The notes under the pieces: model-generated
Databases searched by the model: none
Told to the model about the DNA's origin: nothing
Seen by the model: the letters and a program-made list of their open reading frames with translations, nothing else
Program-made: the position numbers and the translations under genes
In this document: positions 19,384-29,430 of the stretch, one piece after another
Numbering within the stretch: the first letter of the stretch is position 1
How the letters are laid out: the number at the start of each line of letters is the position of its first letter
Virus record (IMG/VR): IMGVR_UViG_3300017989_000087
Location: 1 to 64,000 of that record
Source of the DNA: a virus
Lineage: Duplodnaviria > Caudoviricetes
Reading direction: 5' to 3' (one strand)
DNA: 64,000 nt

Positions 19384-19748
19384 TGACAAAATGGTTACTT
19401 AATAAAGTAAGGGATGCAATTGTTGATTCAAGCACAACGATAGGTTCCGAACCAACACACATTTCTTTTGGTACTGGCACTACTGGCGAAACCGAAGATG
19501 ACACAGAGTTGGACACGGAATATGTAAGAAAAGTGATTGAAAGAATTGATGATACCATTGATAACAAAATAGTAATTTATTGCACGCTTGATACTTCAGA
19601 AGGTAATACAACTATAAGGGAATTTGGGCTGCACGATGCATCATCTGGTGGTAATATGCACCTTAGAGAAGTATTGCCAGTTGCGTACACAAAAACAAGT
19701 AGTGTTGAAATTAGATTAATATTGAGTGTAACTCTGGAGAGTGTATAA
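19380..19748 (+). CDS. tail-collar/fibre-attachment-like protein
   Basis: ISFGTGT...DTELDTE.VRK...IREFGL motif. Confidence 0.65.
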   Translation: MMTKWLLNKVRDAIVDSSTTIGSEPTHISFGTGTTGETEDDTELDTEYVRKVIERIDDTIDNKIVIYCTLDTSEGNTTIREFGLHDASSGGNMHLREVLPVAYTKTSSVEIRLILSVTLESV

Positions 19749-19750
19749 AA

Positions 19751-22417
19751 ATGACAAAAGAAGTAGTTGATGGAGATACGGTGTATACAGACGATATAAA
19801 CCAGATAATAGATGCTTTACAGCAAAACGGGGTCATAGATGGATTCGCTGTTAGCACTTCTTCAGGATTAACAGTTTCTATAGCCAGCGGAAATGCTTAC
19901 GTTAATGGAAAGAAGGTTTCTAGAGACACATCACAGACTGTCACACTTTCAGATGCAGATGCATCTCTTGATAGGATTGATTTGATAGTTTTGGATGAGG
20001 ATGGTGATGCTTCTGCTATTGAAGGCACACCATTGACTAATCCAGTTCCAGCATCATTTTCGGCAACAAAAGTTGTTCTTGCTTATGTAACTGTTTCTGC
20101 TGGTTCTAGTTCATTGTCAAGTTCTGATATTACAGACGAAAGAATAATTGTCAAACATCAAATATACAAGATGCCTTGGTTATCTGAGGTTGAAACTGGT
20201 GGCGATGTTCAGTTGTTTGATGACAACAATACATCTACAGAATCGGATTGGACAAGGATTGTAGATCCAGATTATGATTTTGATGAAACTGCCAATGAAA
20301 TAGTATTACAAAATGGTCTTTTTAGACTACGAACTAGACACCAAGAAGCTAGTAGTCAGGGCGAATTGTCATTATTTGTGGTCGATGATAGAGATTATGA
20401 TAATGATGATGAATGTGAATATAAACGCTTGGGTATTATTAAAGTAAGGCCATACATTGATGGTGTCCAATGGGATCTATCTAATATTTCTCCCACAATA
20501 ACATTTGAAAAATTGTCACCAAACGAATGCAATATAAAACTGAGATATAGCGGTTCTGATAGAGTGTTTGATGTTCACTTATCTGTTAAAAAAGGACAAA
20601 GGCATTCAAAGATAACAACAGAGGTTATAGAATTGGCTTCTGGGGATACTCAATTAACTAAGGTATATTGTTATGTTACTCAAACAGAATCAAATATGGA
20701 TTCTTCGTTGGCTTATAGAGATATATCATCTTTTGAAAAATTTGGTGATTCGGCAATAGAATCGGATGCACTCGCTGGAACCGGAACAAACCTAAATAAA
20801 AATTACCAAATACTATATGGAAATACAGAAACATCACCATATATTGTTGGTATTGCATCAAATAAAAAACCAAGCGCAATTAATTATGGTGCTAGAGTTT
20901 ATTATGGCACTAATGAATGGAATGGTATTATAATGTATGATGCGGGTCATACGGTTTCATCTGGTGATGTTGATATAAACTTTTATCCATTTACAATTCC
21001 ATTTAAACATACAAACCATTTGAAAAAAGAAGGAGAAGTATCTACTGGAATTGATTTTGGATCTACACATGTATCGGGTACGTGGATAAGCGTATCAGAA
21101 TCAAAGTGTTCGGGAACACATTATATAACTAATGATGATACTGAAGGCGGTTCATCAAGACAAAATGATGAAATAAGATATGATTTCTATGTTCCATGTG
21201 ATGGTTATTATGATATATGGACACATGGGTATGAAGATTCATCTATGGGAATATCTGATGTTGAGCTTGATGGTGTTTCAACGGGCACAATTGATTGGTA
21301 TTCTGTTTCTGGAACTTGGGGATATAAGGCTGTAGAAAATGTATCAATGACTCAGGGAAGACACAATATTGACTTTTTGATGTCAACAAAAAATGCATCA
21401 AGCTCAGATTATGAGATGAAATTAGATAGTATATATTTGGTTCCAAAATATGAGAACACAAGCTATACAGGAGATTTCCCATATGATATAGCCAGACAAG
21501 CAATATCAGACAATGATTTCAGTTATGGTTATACATCTCCACTTAATTATGAAGGATTTCTAGATACAGATGATGTTACAAATGATTGGAGCTTCGGTTC
21601 TAAGATGGTTGCAATACTCCCAGTTGGTACTGATTCGTCATCTGAGACAGTAGATTTCTACAGAAACGCCAGAAAGAGATATATTGATGATATAATCAGC
21701 AGAGAGGCCGAAACGGGATATCATGCCGTTACAGGGACTTGGAGCACAGAAAGTGGGTATGGGGATGATTCGTCAGATTCAATCTCCTGCCCCAGAAATG
21801 GCGGTGAAGTCAAGTGGTATCTTGATTTCCCAAGAAAAGGATGGTATTTATCATCGTTGAAGGTAAGGGAATCAGACGATAATACCGATGATAAGTATCA
21901 ATATTCGTTGAAGAATGTATCTATATCTGAGGCATACACCAGTTTGAGCAATAATCATCTGCACGATGAAGATTCGTCTGATTCGACAATAAGATGGTCA
22001 GATGCAGAAGGATTTTTCTATGCTCTTCAAGGTAGTCAGACAATACAGGTTAAGTGTGAAAACACGGGAGATGACAAGGCAATTGATAAGATTGAAATTT
22101 ATCCTGTTGATCCTGTTCCTGTTATTGGTAGTCCTTCAACCCCATCAGCTATTACATTCACTACCAAACTGATATCGGATGTTCCACACAGCAGAATTGA
22201 TGGTATAAACCAGATGGATTCCATTCAGGCAAACAGAGGCAATTTTAATTATGTAGATATGACAGGAGACATAGATACAAATCAGTCGGAGGTTAAAGAA
22301 TTAGTATTGGAGAACCTATCATCAGCACCTTCGAGTCCTGTTGCTGGTCAAATTTATTTTGATACTTCAGGATCAAAGTTCTATGGATATGATGGGTCAA
22401 GCTGGAATGAGTTGTGA
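19751..22417 (+). CDS. tail fibre/baseplate protein with carbohydrate-binding-like modules
   Basis: N-term DGD.VY..DIN...GVIDG...RIDLI domain; FYVPCDGYYDIW..G CBM-like jelly roll; C-term GQIYFDTS..FYGYDGSSW. Confidence 0.7.
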   Translation: MTKEVVDGDTVYTDDINQIIDALQQNGVIDGFAVSTSSGLTVSIASGNAYVNGKKVSRDTSQTVTLSDADASLDRIDLIVLDEDGDASAIEGTPLTNPVPASFSATKVVLAYVTVSAGSSSLSSSDITDERIIVKHQIYKMPWLSEVETGGDVQLFDDNNTSTESDWTRIVDPDYDFDETANEIVLQNGLFRLRTRHQEASSQGELSLFVVDDRDYDNDDECEYKRLGIIKVRPYIDGVQWDLSNISPTITFEKLSPNECNIKLRYSGSDRVFDVHLSVKKGQRHSKITTEVIELASGDTQLTKVYCYVTQTESNMDSSLAYRDISSFEKFGDSAIESDALAGTGTNLNKNYQILYGNTETSPYIVGIASNKKPSAINYGARVYYGTNEWNGIIMYDAGHTVSSGDVDINFYPFTIPFKHTNHLKKEGEVSTGIDFGSTHVSGTWISVSESKCSGTHYITNDDTEGGSSRQNDEIRYDFYVPCDGYYDIWTHGYEDSSMGISDVELDGVSTGTIDWYSVSGTWGYKAVENVSMTQGRHNIDFLMSTKNASSSDYEMKLDSIYLVPKYENTSYTGDFPYDIARQAISDNDFSYGYTSPLNYEGFLDTDDVTNDWSFGSKMVAILPVGTDSSSETVDFYRNARKRYIDDIISREAETGYHAVTGTWSTESGYGDDSSDSISCPRNGGEVKWYLDFPRKGWYLSSLKVRESDDNTDDKYQYSLKNVSISEAYTSLSNNHLHDEDSSDSTIRWSDAEGFFYALQGSQTIQVKCENTGDDKAIDKIEIYPVDPVPVIGSPSTPSAITFTTKLISDVPHSRIDGINQMDSIQANRGNFNYVDMTGDIDTNQSEVKELVLENLSSAPSSPVAGQIYFDTSGSKFYGYDGSSWNEL

Positions 22418-22422
22418 TTTAA

Positions 22423-23616
22423 TTGTCTGATCATTATACGTCTGGGGATGTGGTATATACCAAAGATTTTATGGGGATGATTAATGGTCTAAATCAAATT
22501 GGCGTAATTAAAGGTCTTGAAGTCACCGAATCGGATGGGATATTTCATACAATAATACAAAACGGTCTTATAGCATATTATAGATTTGAAGATGATGGTA
22601 ATGTATTACACGATTATAGTGGCAATAATTATCATGGAACATTAAAAAATTCACCAACTTGGGAAACTGGAAAAATTGGTAACTGTCTTGAGTTTGATGG
22701 TGTTAATCAATATGTAGAAACTAGTTCTGATCCTATCAATGCATCTAGTGCCAATTCTGAATTTTCTATAAGTTTTTGGATTTATCCAACTGCTGCTGCT
22801 GATGGCAATCTTAGACATGTTATTGATGATGGCATATGGACAAACGGAAGTTATGTTTTTTATATAAGTTCTGGTATGTCAAGAATAGTTTTCGGAATTC
22901 AAAATGATTCTGGTACAAGAAATGAAACAGCAAATGCTGTTATTTCTGTTGATACATGGCAACATGTTGTTGGTGTGTGGGATGGAACAAACACAAAAAT
23001 TTATATTGATAACAGTCTATCTTCTAATTCTGGTTCTATTGGTGGAAGCGTTTCCGGTCAGTCTTGGTTAAGAATTGCTCAAGCTACTACTGATTTTGAA
23101 GGCAAAATAGATGAAATAAGGATATATGATCGTGCGTTGTCATCAGATGAAATCGAATTAATATATAATGAAGAAAACACATTAGATAAAATGTCTGTTG
23201 ATGTGTCATCTGGAAGAGCATTGTTTGAAGATGTTTACATTGAAGCAGGAGATGAAACGTTAGAACTCAATGATTCTGATGCTTCTAATGACAGAAAAGA
23301 TTTAATTTATTTAACTCCGTCTGGTTCTTTGTCTATTTCAACAGGAACGGCAGCATCTACACCAATTCCACCGAATATTGGAGGAAATAAGAGAATGATA
23401 TTGGGCGAAATAACAGTATCCGCTGGTGCGTCAACAATCACAAACAGCGATATACGTGACGAGAGACATATGATTTATGGAAATAAATATCAAGATGTTT
23501 TTGAAGGTGGCAATCCAGATGATGGGATTTGTTCTGTCAATGATGATGAGGCATCACTTGATTCAGAAGATTGGTCAAGAGAATATAACCCAATGAAAAG
23601 ATGGGGTGGTTATTGA
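22423..23616 (+). CDS. LamG/concanavalin A-like domain tail protein
   Basis: GLIAYYRFE...DYSGNNYHG...GKIGNCLEFDG...FSISFWIYP...WQHVVGVWDG...FEGKIDEIRIYDRALSSDEI. Confidence 0.85.
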   Translation: MSDHYTSGDVVYTKDFMGMINGLNQIGVIKGLEVTESDGIFHTIIQNGLIAYYRFEDDGNVLHDYSGNNYHGTLKNSPTWETGKIGNCLEFDGVNQYVETSSDPINASSANSEFSISFWIYPTAAADGNLRHVIDDGIWTNGSYVFYISSGMSRIVFGIQNDSGTRNETANAVISVDTWQHVVGVWDGTNTKIYIDNSLSSNSGSIGGSVSGQSWLRIAQATTDFEGKIDEIRIYDRALSSDEIELIYNEENTLDKMSVDVSSGRALFEDVYIEAGDETLELNDSDASNDRKDLIYLTPSGSLSISTGTAASTPIPPNIGGNKRMILGEITVSAGASTITNSDIRDERHMIYGNKYQDVFEGGNPDDGICSVNDDEASLDSEDWSREYNPMKRWGGY

Positions 23617-26600
23617 TGCAAGCAAGCGATATTAAGTTTTATCTAACGGGTGCGAACTCTGATGGTGATACTCAGACGCAACCAAACAAATCTCTTGGTG
23701 GATTTAGGGGTTCAGAGATAGACAGCGGAAATATGAGAAATATTTTTGACCACGTAAGTTCCTCTGAAGCCGAATCTGGTGATGTCGAATATAGATGTGT
23801 GTGCATTAAAAACACACATTCTGTGGATTCGTTGACTAGCGCAAAGGTTTGGTTAGACTCTAATACATCTTCAGAAGAAAGTAATATAGAAATAGCTATT
23901 GATGCACCGTCTTCACAACCGTCTGGTAGCACACAAACCATTGATGATGAATCCACAGCACCCCTTTCATTAACTTTTTATGATTCATGTATTGATAGTT
24001 CCACGGGATTAGAGCTAGACGATCTAGAACCCGGTTATATATATTATGTATGGATAAAGAGAACTATTAATGCTGGTACTCCAGCAGCGTTGGATTCCTT
24101 TACATTAAAAGTTAATGGTGTTTATGAATACAAGACTAGTGCAACCATAACTGGTGCTCAATACAGAGAAGCGAGAAGAAATACAACTTATAATCCAGTA
24201 TTTTCATTTACAAAACCAACGGCATCAAAGATAAAAGCATCCTCTGGGAGTACGTCAATGGGTTATGGTTACTGGATATTTTATTTCAGCAAAAGCACCA
24301 TTCGAGATAATAAATTAAGGGTTACTTGGAACGGCGAATATGATCATTGGTATGGTGCTACATCTGGTAAAACATTTGCCAGAGTGGATGTATTAGATGG
24401 AACACAGGGTCCGAGTGAAGATTCTTTTTGGAATTCTAGATCTAGTGTTGAAGATGCACAAATAGGTACAATATGTACAAAGTCTACTGATGGTTCTTCA
24501 GATCCTTATACATTCGCCGAAACAGATGAAGACTATACAATAAACATATCTGGTGGATCAAGCGATAATTGTATGATAGTGTTCACATTAAATGATGCGT
24601 GGTCACAAGCAGGCATGAACATTGAGATTGATAAAGTTCAAATTATAGATTCTGATACTGAAGAGGTTTTATATACTGAAGAGTTTGATGATCAGACACT
24701 TACAGCAGATAGAAGTGATACGCATGCAGATTATGGTCATTTATATATGACTGTTGCACAGCAAGCATCAAGAACTATAAACCAAACAAAACAATCAAAC
24801 TATGCAATAGTAGATATAAATAACCCAACAACCAGATCTGTGTTTGATAATGGTTTAATAAGACTTAGATCGAGATTGGAAACTGATATGGTTGATGCCG
24901 GATCTTTGGATATATGGATAAAAGAAGCGGTGTGGGACGGCTCAACAACTAGCCAATCTTGGGAATATTATGGAAGACTTATGCCAGAAGCAGATGTATT
25001 TGATAGCCAATGTCCTTGGTCGAGAGTATTTATAAATTATATGGATTTCAACAAAACCGTTATGAGATATTATTTCACTAGTTCAATATATATGGATGTA
25101 ACTTTATATCGTGCATCTCAGGGACTTAAAGTAGAGTGGAGTTCTGGTGCTACTGGATACATGTATTGGTCAATAGCAAATGATAAGAGACCAAGGTTTG
25201 GTTATGGAGAAGGTGCAGATCTTGTTGATGCAAATGCTGAAACTGAAGATGGTTGGGATAATCTTGGAACAACAAACAATTGGTGTATAGTTTGGGATGA
25301 TACCTGTGATTATTTCTTGGGTTTGGCATTGACCGATGATTCAACTACACCCAGATGTTATTCAGATATAAGCAACGATGTTATAACAAAATTATCTACT
25401 GGAACATCTTCTGATTTGAATGAACCACATTTCTGGTTTTATTCAAGGAGATTTATGGATACTGTTTATAGATATTATGATGCAACTCTATCAGAAGGTG
25501 CAAAGATAGTAATTGATAATACTTCTTCTGATGGGTATTCATTAACTACGCCAGATTATTCAGCAAATTCTGACGAAATTAATTGGGCCGTTTGGAATGT
25601 TTGTAGTCCAAATGATTACAAACTTGTAGAAAGGAGAAAGAGTAGTAAAACTGGTACATTTGGTTTTAATGAATCCGATGGAACCAGCGGGGTTGGAATA
25701 AACAATGAAACGTTTGGCTTAGATGGATATTATTGGGACTACCTAATATATGTACCAAAGAAATGCAGAGTTGATACTGATGTTAGTGGTCCAGAAGATG
25801 TTGCAAATGAGCTGCTAATGAATTGGGATTATGGAATATTCATAGTTAATGATGATGATAGAGATTATGAAATAAAGCCAACATATGCTGATGTCACAAA
25901 CGATTGGAGTATTGACCCAGATGAATATTTTGTTATACCCCCATCAATTGATGATCTTGAAACAGGGAACCCCACATTTTATAGATTCACAAATGCTGAT
26001 TTTGCGAATGCTGAAAGACTCGAAGACACCGATGCAACACCAGACTATACATCACATTGGAGCACAGAAACAAGAAAATCGTTGACAGCAGATGATAGTG
26101 CATATATGGCAACAAGTGGAACACCCGGAATGCTGTCTTGGTCTATGGATATACCAAATAATAAATTCTGGGCATACGCTAGGTTACGTGCTGAAACAGA
26201 TGGTACAATTGGTTATAGGATAATGTCAACAAACGTTGGTGGGTCATATGACCTAACAGAAGATTGTCATAGAGAGCCAGATCCTGTTATGGGTTCTCCG
26301 ATTAACCAAGGATGGTCAACATTTGAAGGTGCATTCAGGGTTCTTGAAGGAACGTCAAACACTATTAAGCTAAGAGGATATGGAACTTCAGATAGGAGCC
26401 AGTTGTATGTTGTTGATAGGGTTGATGTTGTTCCTGTAGAAATTGCGCCATTCAAATATTATGTTCCAAGAGGCTCTGTGATTACGATATCAAACATAGA
26501 ATCAAAAAGGCTAAACGAAAACAGATGGAGAAATATGTTTCTGTCTGAAGAGATACGTGGGAGAGCAAGGTTAAATTATATGGATGTAAATGATGGAATG

Positions 26601-26744
26601 GATATGAATCAACACCAAATGCTTGAAATGACAGTTGAAAATTTATCAACTGCACCAACAAGCCCATCAAATGGGCAAATATATTTCAATACTTCTGACA
26701 ATAAGTTTTATGGGTATAAAGGAAATTCATGGGTTGAGCTATAA
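23616..26744 (+). CDS. large tail fibre/adhesin protein
   Basis: TGATG coupling with upstream gene; N-domain paralogous to 31106 ORF; middle and C-terminus paralogous to 19751 ORF. Confidence 0.75.
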   Translation: MQASDIKFYLTGANSDGDTQTQPNKSLGGFRGSEIDSGNMRNIFDHVSSSEAESGDVEYRCVCIKNTHSVDSLTSAKVWLDSNTSSEESNIEIAIDAPSSQPSGSTQTIDDESTAPLSLTFYDSCIDSSTGLELDDLEPGYIYYVWIKRTINAGTPAALDSFTLKVNGVYEYKTSATITGAQYREARRNTTYNPVFSFTKPTASKIKASSGSTSMGYGYWIFYFSKSTIRDNKLRVTWNGEYDHWYGATSGKTFARVDVLDGTQGPSEDSFWNSRSSVEDAQIGTICTKSTDGSSDPYTFAETDEDYTINISGGSSDNCMIVFTLNDAWSQAGMNIEIDKVQIIDSDTEEVLYTEEFDDQTLTADRSDTHADYGHLYMTVAQQASRTINQTKQSNYAIVDINNPTTRSVFDNGLIRLRSRLETDMVDAGSLDIWIKEAVWDGSTTSQSWEYYGRLMPEADVFDSQCPWSRVFINYMDFNKTVMRYYFTSSIYMDVTLYRASQGLKVEWSSGATGYMYWSIANDKRPRFGYGEGADLVDANAETEDGWDNLGTTNNWCIVWDDTCDYFLGLALTDDSTTPRCYSDISNDVITKLSTGTSSDLNEPHFWFYSRRFMDTVYRYYDATLSEGAKIVIDNTSSDGYSLTTPDYSANSDEINWAVWNVCSPNDYKLVERRKSSKTGTFGFNESDGTSGVGINNETFGLDGYYWDYLIYVPKKCRVDTDVSGPEDVANELLMNWDYGIFIVNDDDRDYEIKPTYADVTNDWSIDPDEYFVIPPSIDDLETGNPTFYRFTNADFANAERLEDTDATPDYTSHWSTETRKSLTADDSAYMATSGTPGMLSWSMDIPNNKFWAYARLRAETDGTIGYRIMSTNVGGSYDLTEDCHREPDPVMGSPINQGWSTFEGAFRVLEGTSNTIKLRGYGTSDRSQLYVVDRVDVVPVEIAPFKYYVPRGSVITISNIESKRLNENRWRNMFLSEEIRGRARLNYMDVNDGMDMNQHQMLEMTVENLSTAPTSPSNGQIYFNTSDNKFYGYKGNSWVEL

Positions 26745-27823
26745 TGACACTTTGGAATATGCGTGATGTCAAGTTAGCAGTTGATTCAAACGGTAATATC
26801 AGAATATCTGGTGTTAGTAATTTTAGATTTTCTTCTAGATATGGAACTATAAACGATGCCATTACATCTCTTCCATCAACTGGTGGCATTGTTGTGGTTG
26901 AACCCGGAACGTGGCAATCTGGAAATAGGCCCATATCGTTGGATTCAAATCAAGGATTGCTTGGATTCGGAACTAGTTCTATAATACATAATACAGATAC
27001 AACATATACTGATACACATACAATATCTGCTACTGGAACAGGTGCTTCTCATTTGGAAAATATAAACATAAGTAATGTCAAATTTACAGGTTTAACTGGT
27101 GGTGGTAGTGCTATAGATTTTGATTATGTTGATGATTTCACTATTGATAGGATTTGGGTTGATGGTGTATATGGAAATTGCATAAACCTAACAGAATGTG
27201 ATTATGGTGTTATTCAAGGATCAAAATTGATGAATTCTGTTAATGGTGCAGGGTTATATGTTGATAGTTGTGATTATGATGTCATATCCAATTGTTTCTT
27301 TCTTAATAACAATACATATGGTATTGATGTTGCCAGCGGTAGTACAAATACATTAATCACAAGTGGAAAAAATCATTTCTCAGGAAATAGTTCTGGAAAT
27401 GTTAATGATGATGGTACTGATACTGAGTGGGTCAGGGAAGGATTTGAAAGGTCTTTAACAGCTTGGGATGAAACCGAAGTTACGTACACGGATTCTACTG
27501 GTGATACATGGAGTTCTAATAGTGATGAAATAAAATCATTCAGGGTTATATACAGCTCTTCTCATGGGTTTCCGGTTTCAGATCTCCATATATGTGCTGA
27601 GATGAAAGCTGATGCAGGAACAGGATCTCTTGGTGTTTATGTTGATGGTGGCGGTAGTCCTGAGTTAACTCTTACAACAACCAATACTTCATATGAGGTT
27701 CAGAGTGGAACATTCTCAGTAACATGGTCGGATGAAACAATACACACAATAACCGTTAAATATAAAAACAGCGGTGCGGGTAATACTACATATAATAGAA
27801 CATTTGAATGTTATGCGGATTGA
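26744..27823 (+). CDS. right-handed parallel beta-helix (pectin-lyase-like) tailspike
   Basis: TINDAITSLPSTGGIVVVEPGTW, NINISNVKF, N..GI repeats. Confidence 0.75.
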   Translation: MTLWNMRDVKLAVDSNGNIRISGVSNFRFSSRYGTINDAITSLPSTGGIVVVEPGTWQSGNRPISLDSNQGLLGFGTSSIIHNTDTTYTDTHTISATGTGASHLENINISNVKFTGLTGGGSAIDFDYVDDFTIDRIWVDGVYGNCINLTECDYGVIQGSKLMNSVNGAGLYVDSCDYDVISNCFFLNNNTYGIDVASGSTNTLITSGKNHFSGNSSGNVNDDGTDTEWVREGFERSLTAWDETEVTYTDSTGDTWSSNSDEIKSFRVIYSSSHGFPVSDLHICAEMKADAGTGSLGVYVDGGGSPELTLTTTNTSYEVQSGTFSVTWSDETIHTITVKYKNSGAGNTTYNRTFECYAD

Positions 27824-27828
27824 TTAAA

Positions 27829-28602
27829 ATGGTAAATATAAGAAAATGCCAAACCTGTCAGCAATGTGATACATGTGAAACATGTGTTACATGCGAGAAT
27901 TGTGATAGTTGCGATGCTTCATGTGACGGGTTATGCGATTACTGTAATGAGTGCTATACATGTGACGCTTCTTGTGATGCCGAATGCGATGCAACATGTT
28001 ATTCTTGTGATGCCTGTGACAGCAGTTGTGACAACAATTGTAATGTGTGTGATGCCTGTGATACATGTGATGCAGCTTGTGATACATCTTGTGATACATG
28101 TGATACCGATTGTCATGCTCTATGTGATTATTGTTATGCTTGCAACACATGCGACTCGTCTTGTTATGTGTGTGATATCTGTGATTCTGCATGTTACAAT
28201 TGTGATGCTTGTGATACCTCCTGTGATGCGTCATGTGATGCCGTTTGTTATTCTTGTGACGCATGCGATACTAATTGTTATAACGAATGTGATACTTGTG
28301 ATTTAAATTGTGATGCAACTTGTGACAATAATTGCAATGTATGCGATGGGTGTGAAAATTGTGATATTTCATGCAATGCAACTTGTGATTCGGCTTGTTA
28401 TTCTTGCGACAGTTGTGATTCACAATGTTATAGTGAATGTGATAATTGTGATGCTTCTTGTGATGCCACATGTTACAATACTTGTAATATTTGTGATGGA
28501 TGTCAAACATGTGATTCAACCTGTTATACAGCTTGTGACGACTGTGATAACTGTTATTCTGAGACCTGTATCACATGCGATGGGGAGTGTGATTACTATT
28601 GA
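27829..28602 (+). CDS. Cys-rich CxxC/CxxxC-repeat protein 1 (candidate radical SAM substrate)
   Basis: ~72 Cys in 257 aa, spaced every 3-4 residues; ATG 5 nt after tailspike stop. Confidence 0.85.
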   Translation: MVNIRKCQTCQQCDTCETCVTCENCDSCDASCDGLCDYCNECYTCDASCDAECDATCYSCDACDSSCDNNCNVCDACDTCDAACDTSCDTCDTDCHALCDYCYACNTCDSSCYVCDICDSACYNCDACDTSCDASCDAVCYSCDACDTNCYNECDTCDLNCDATCDNNCNVCDGCENCDISCNATCDSACYSCDSCDSQCYSECDNCDASCDATCYNTCNICDGCQTCDSTCYTACDDCDNCYSETCITCDGECDYY

Positions 28603-29411
28603 ACATTAGAAACAGGGCAGAAAAAACCAACAATATCAGAGATACAGAATGTGCAATATGTGATTCTTGTTACTCTGGTTGTCAGACATGTGATAGTTGT
28701 GATACATGCGATGCTTCTTGTGATGCCAATTGCGATACAACCTGTTTTGCTTGTGATACATGTGATACCGATTGTGACGCAGATTGTGATTACTGTGATT
28801 CATGTTATACCTGTGACTCATCATGTGATGCCTCCTGCGACTCGTCTTGTTATGGATGCGATAACTGTGACTCATCTTGTTATAGTTCATGCGATTCATG
28901 TGATGCATCATGTTTTGCCAATTGTGATGCGGTATGTGATTCCTGTGATACATGTGATGGAGATTGCCACGATTGCAATACTTGTGATGCTGCATGCGTT
29001 TTGTGCGATTCTTGTGATTCTCATTGTGATGCAACATGTTATGAATGTGACAATTGTGATAGTTGTGATACCTCCTGCGACAAATCTTGTGATGCCTGTG
29101 ACACAGCATGTATAGGGACATGCGATGCGACTTGTGATGTATTATGTGTAGGGTGTGAAATTTGTGATACAGATTGTGATGCCACATGTGATAATTGTTA
29201 CAATTGTGACACATGCGATGCCTCTTGTGATACATCATGTGATGCTTGTGATACGGCCTGTATAGGAACGTGTGATGCATCATGCGATGTTGCTTGTTAC
29301 AGTTGTGATATATGCGATACAGATTGTTATACAACATGTGAAGAGTGTGATGCCTGTCAAAACTGCGAAGGAGAATGTGATTGGTGTTATGAATCCACAT
29401 ATTATGCATAA
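28599..29411 (+). CDS. Cys-rich CxxC/CxxxC-repeat protein 2 (candidate radical SAM substrate)
   Basis: ~71 Cys in 270 aa; TTG start overlapping the protein 1 stop (TTGA); same grammar. Confidence 0.85.
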   Translation: MNIRNRAEKTNNIRDTECAICDSCYSGCQTCDSCDTCDASCDANCDTTCFACDTCDTDCDADCDYCDSCYTCDSSCDASCDSSCYGCDNCDSSCYSSCDSCDASCFANCDAVCDSCDTCDGDCHDCNTCDAACVLCDSCDSHCDATCYECDNCDSCDTSCDKSCDACDTACIGTCDATCDVLCVGCEICDTDCDATCDNCYNCDTCDASCDTSCDACDTACIGTCDASCDVACYSCDICDTDCYTTCEECDACQNCEGECDWCYESTYYA

Positions 29412-29428
29412 AAGGAAAGATTAATAAA
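29411..29428 (+). promoter_or_regulatory. possible late-type promoter AAAGGAAAGATTAATAAA in front of the radical SAM gene
   Basis: Shares AAAGGAAAG with the late promoters; ATG 29452 would be a leaderless start. Confidence 0.45.
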
Positions 29429-29430
29429 GA

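Noticed and set aside
27850-29400. TGTGAT(GC/AC) periodic DNA repeats as a CRISPR array or DGR template
   Set aside because: Periods are 9/12 nt and codon-driven, with no fixed repeat-spacer unit; no cas locus and no reverse transcriptase in the window.
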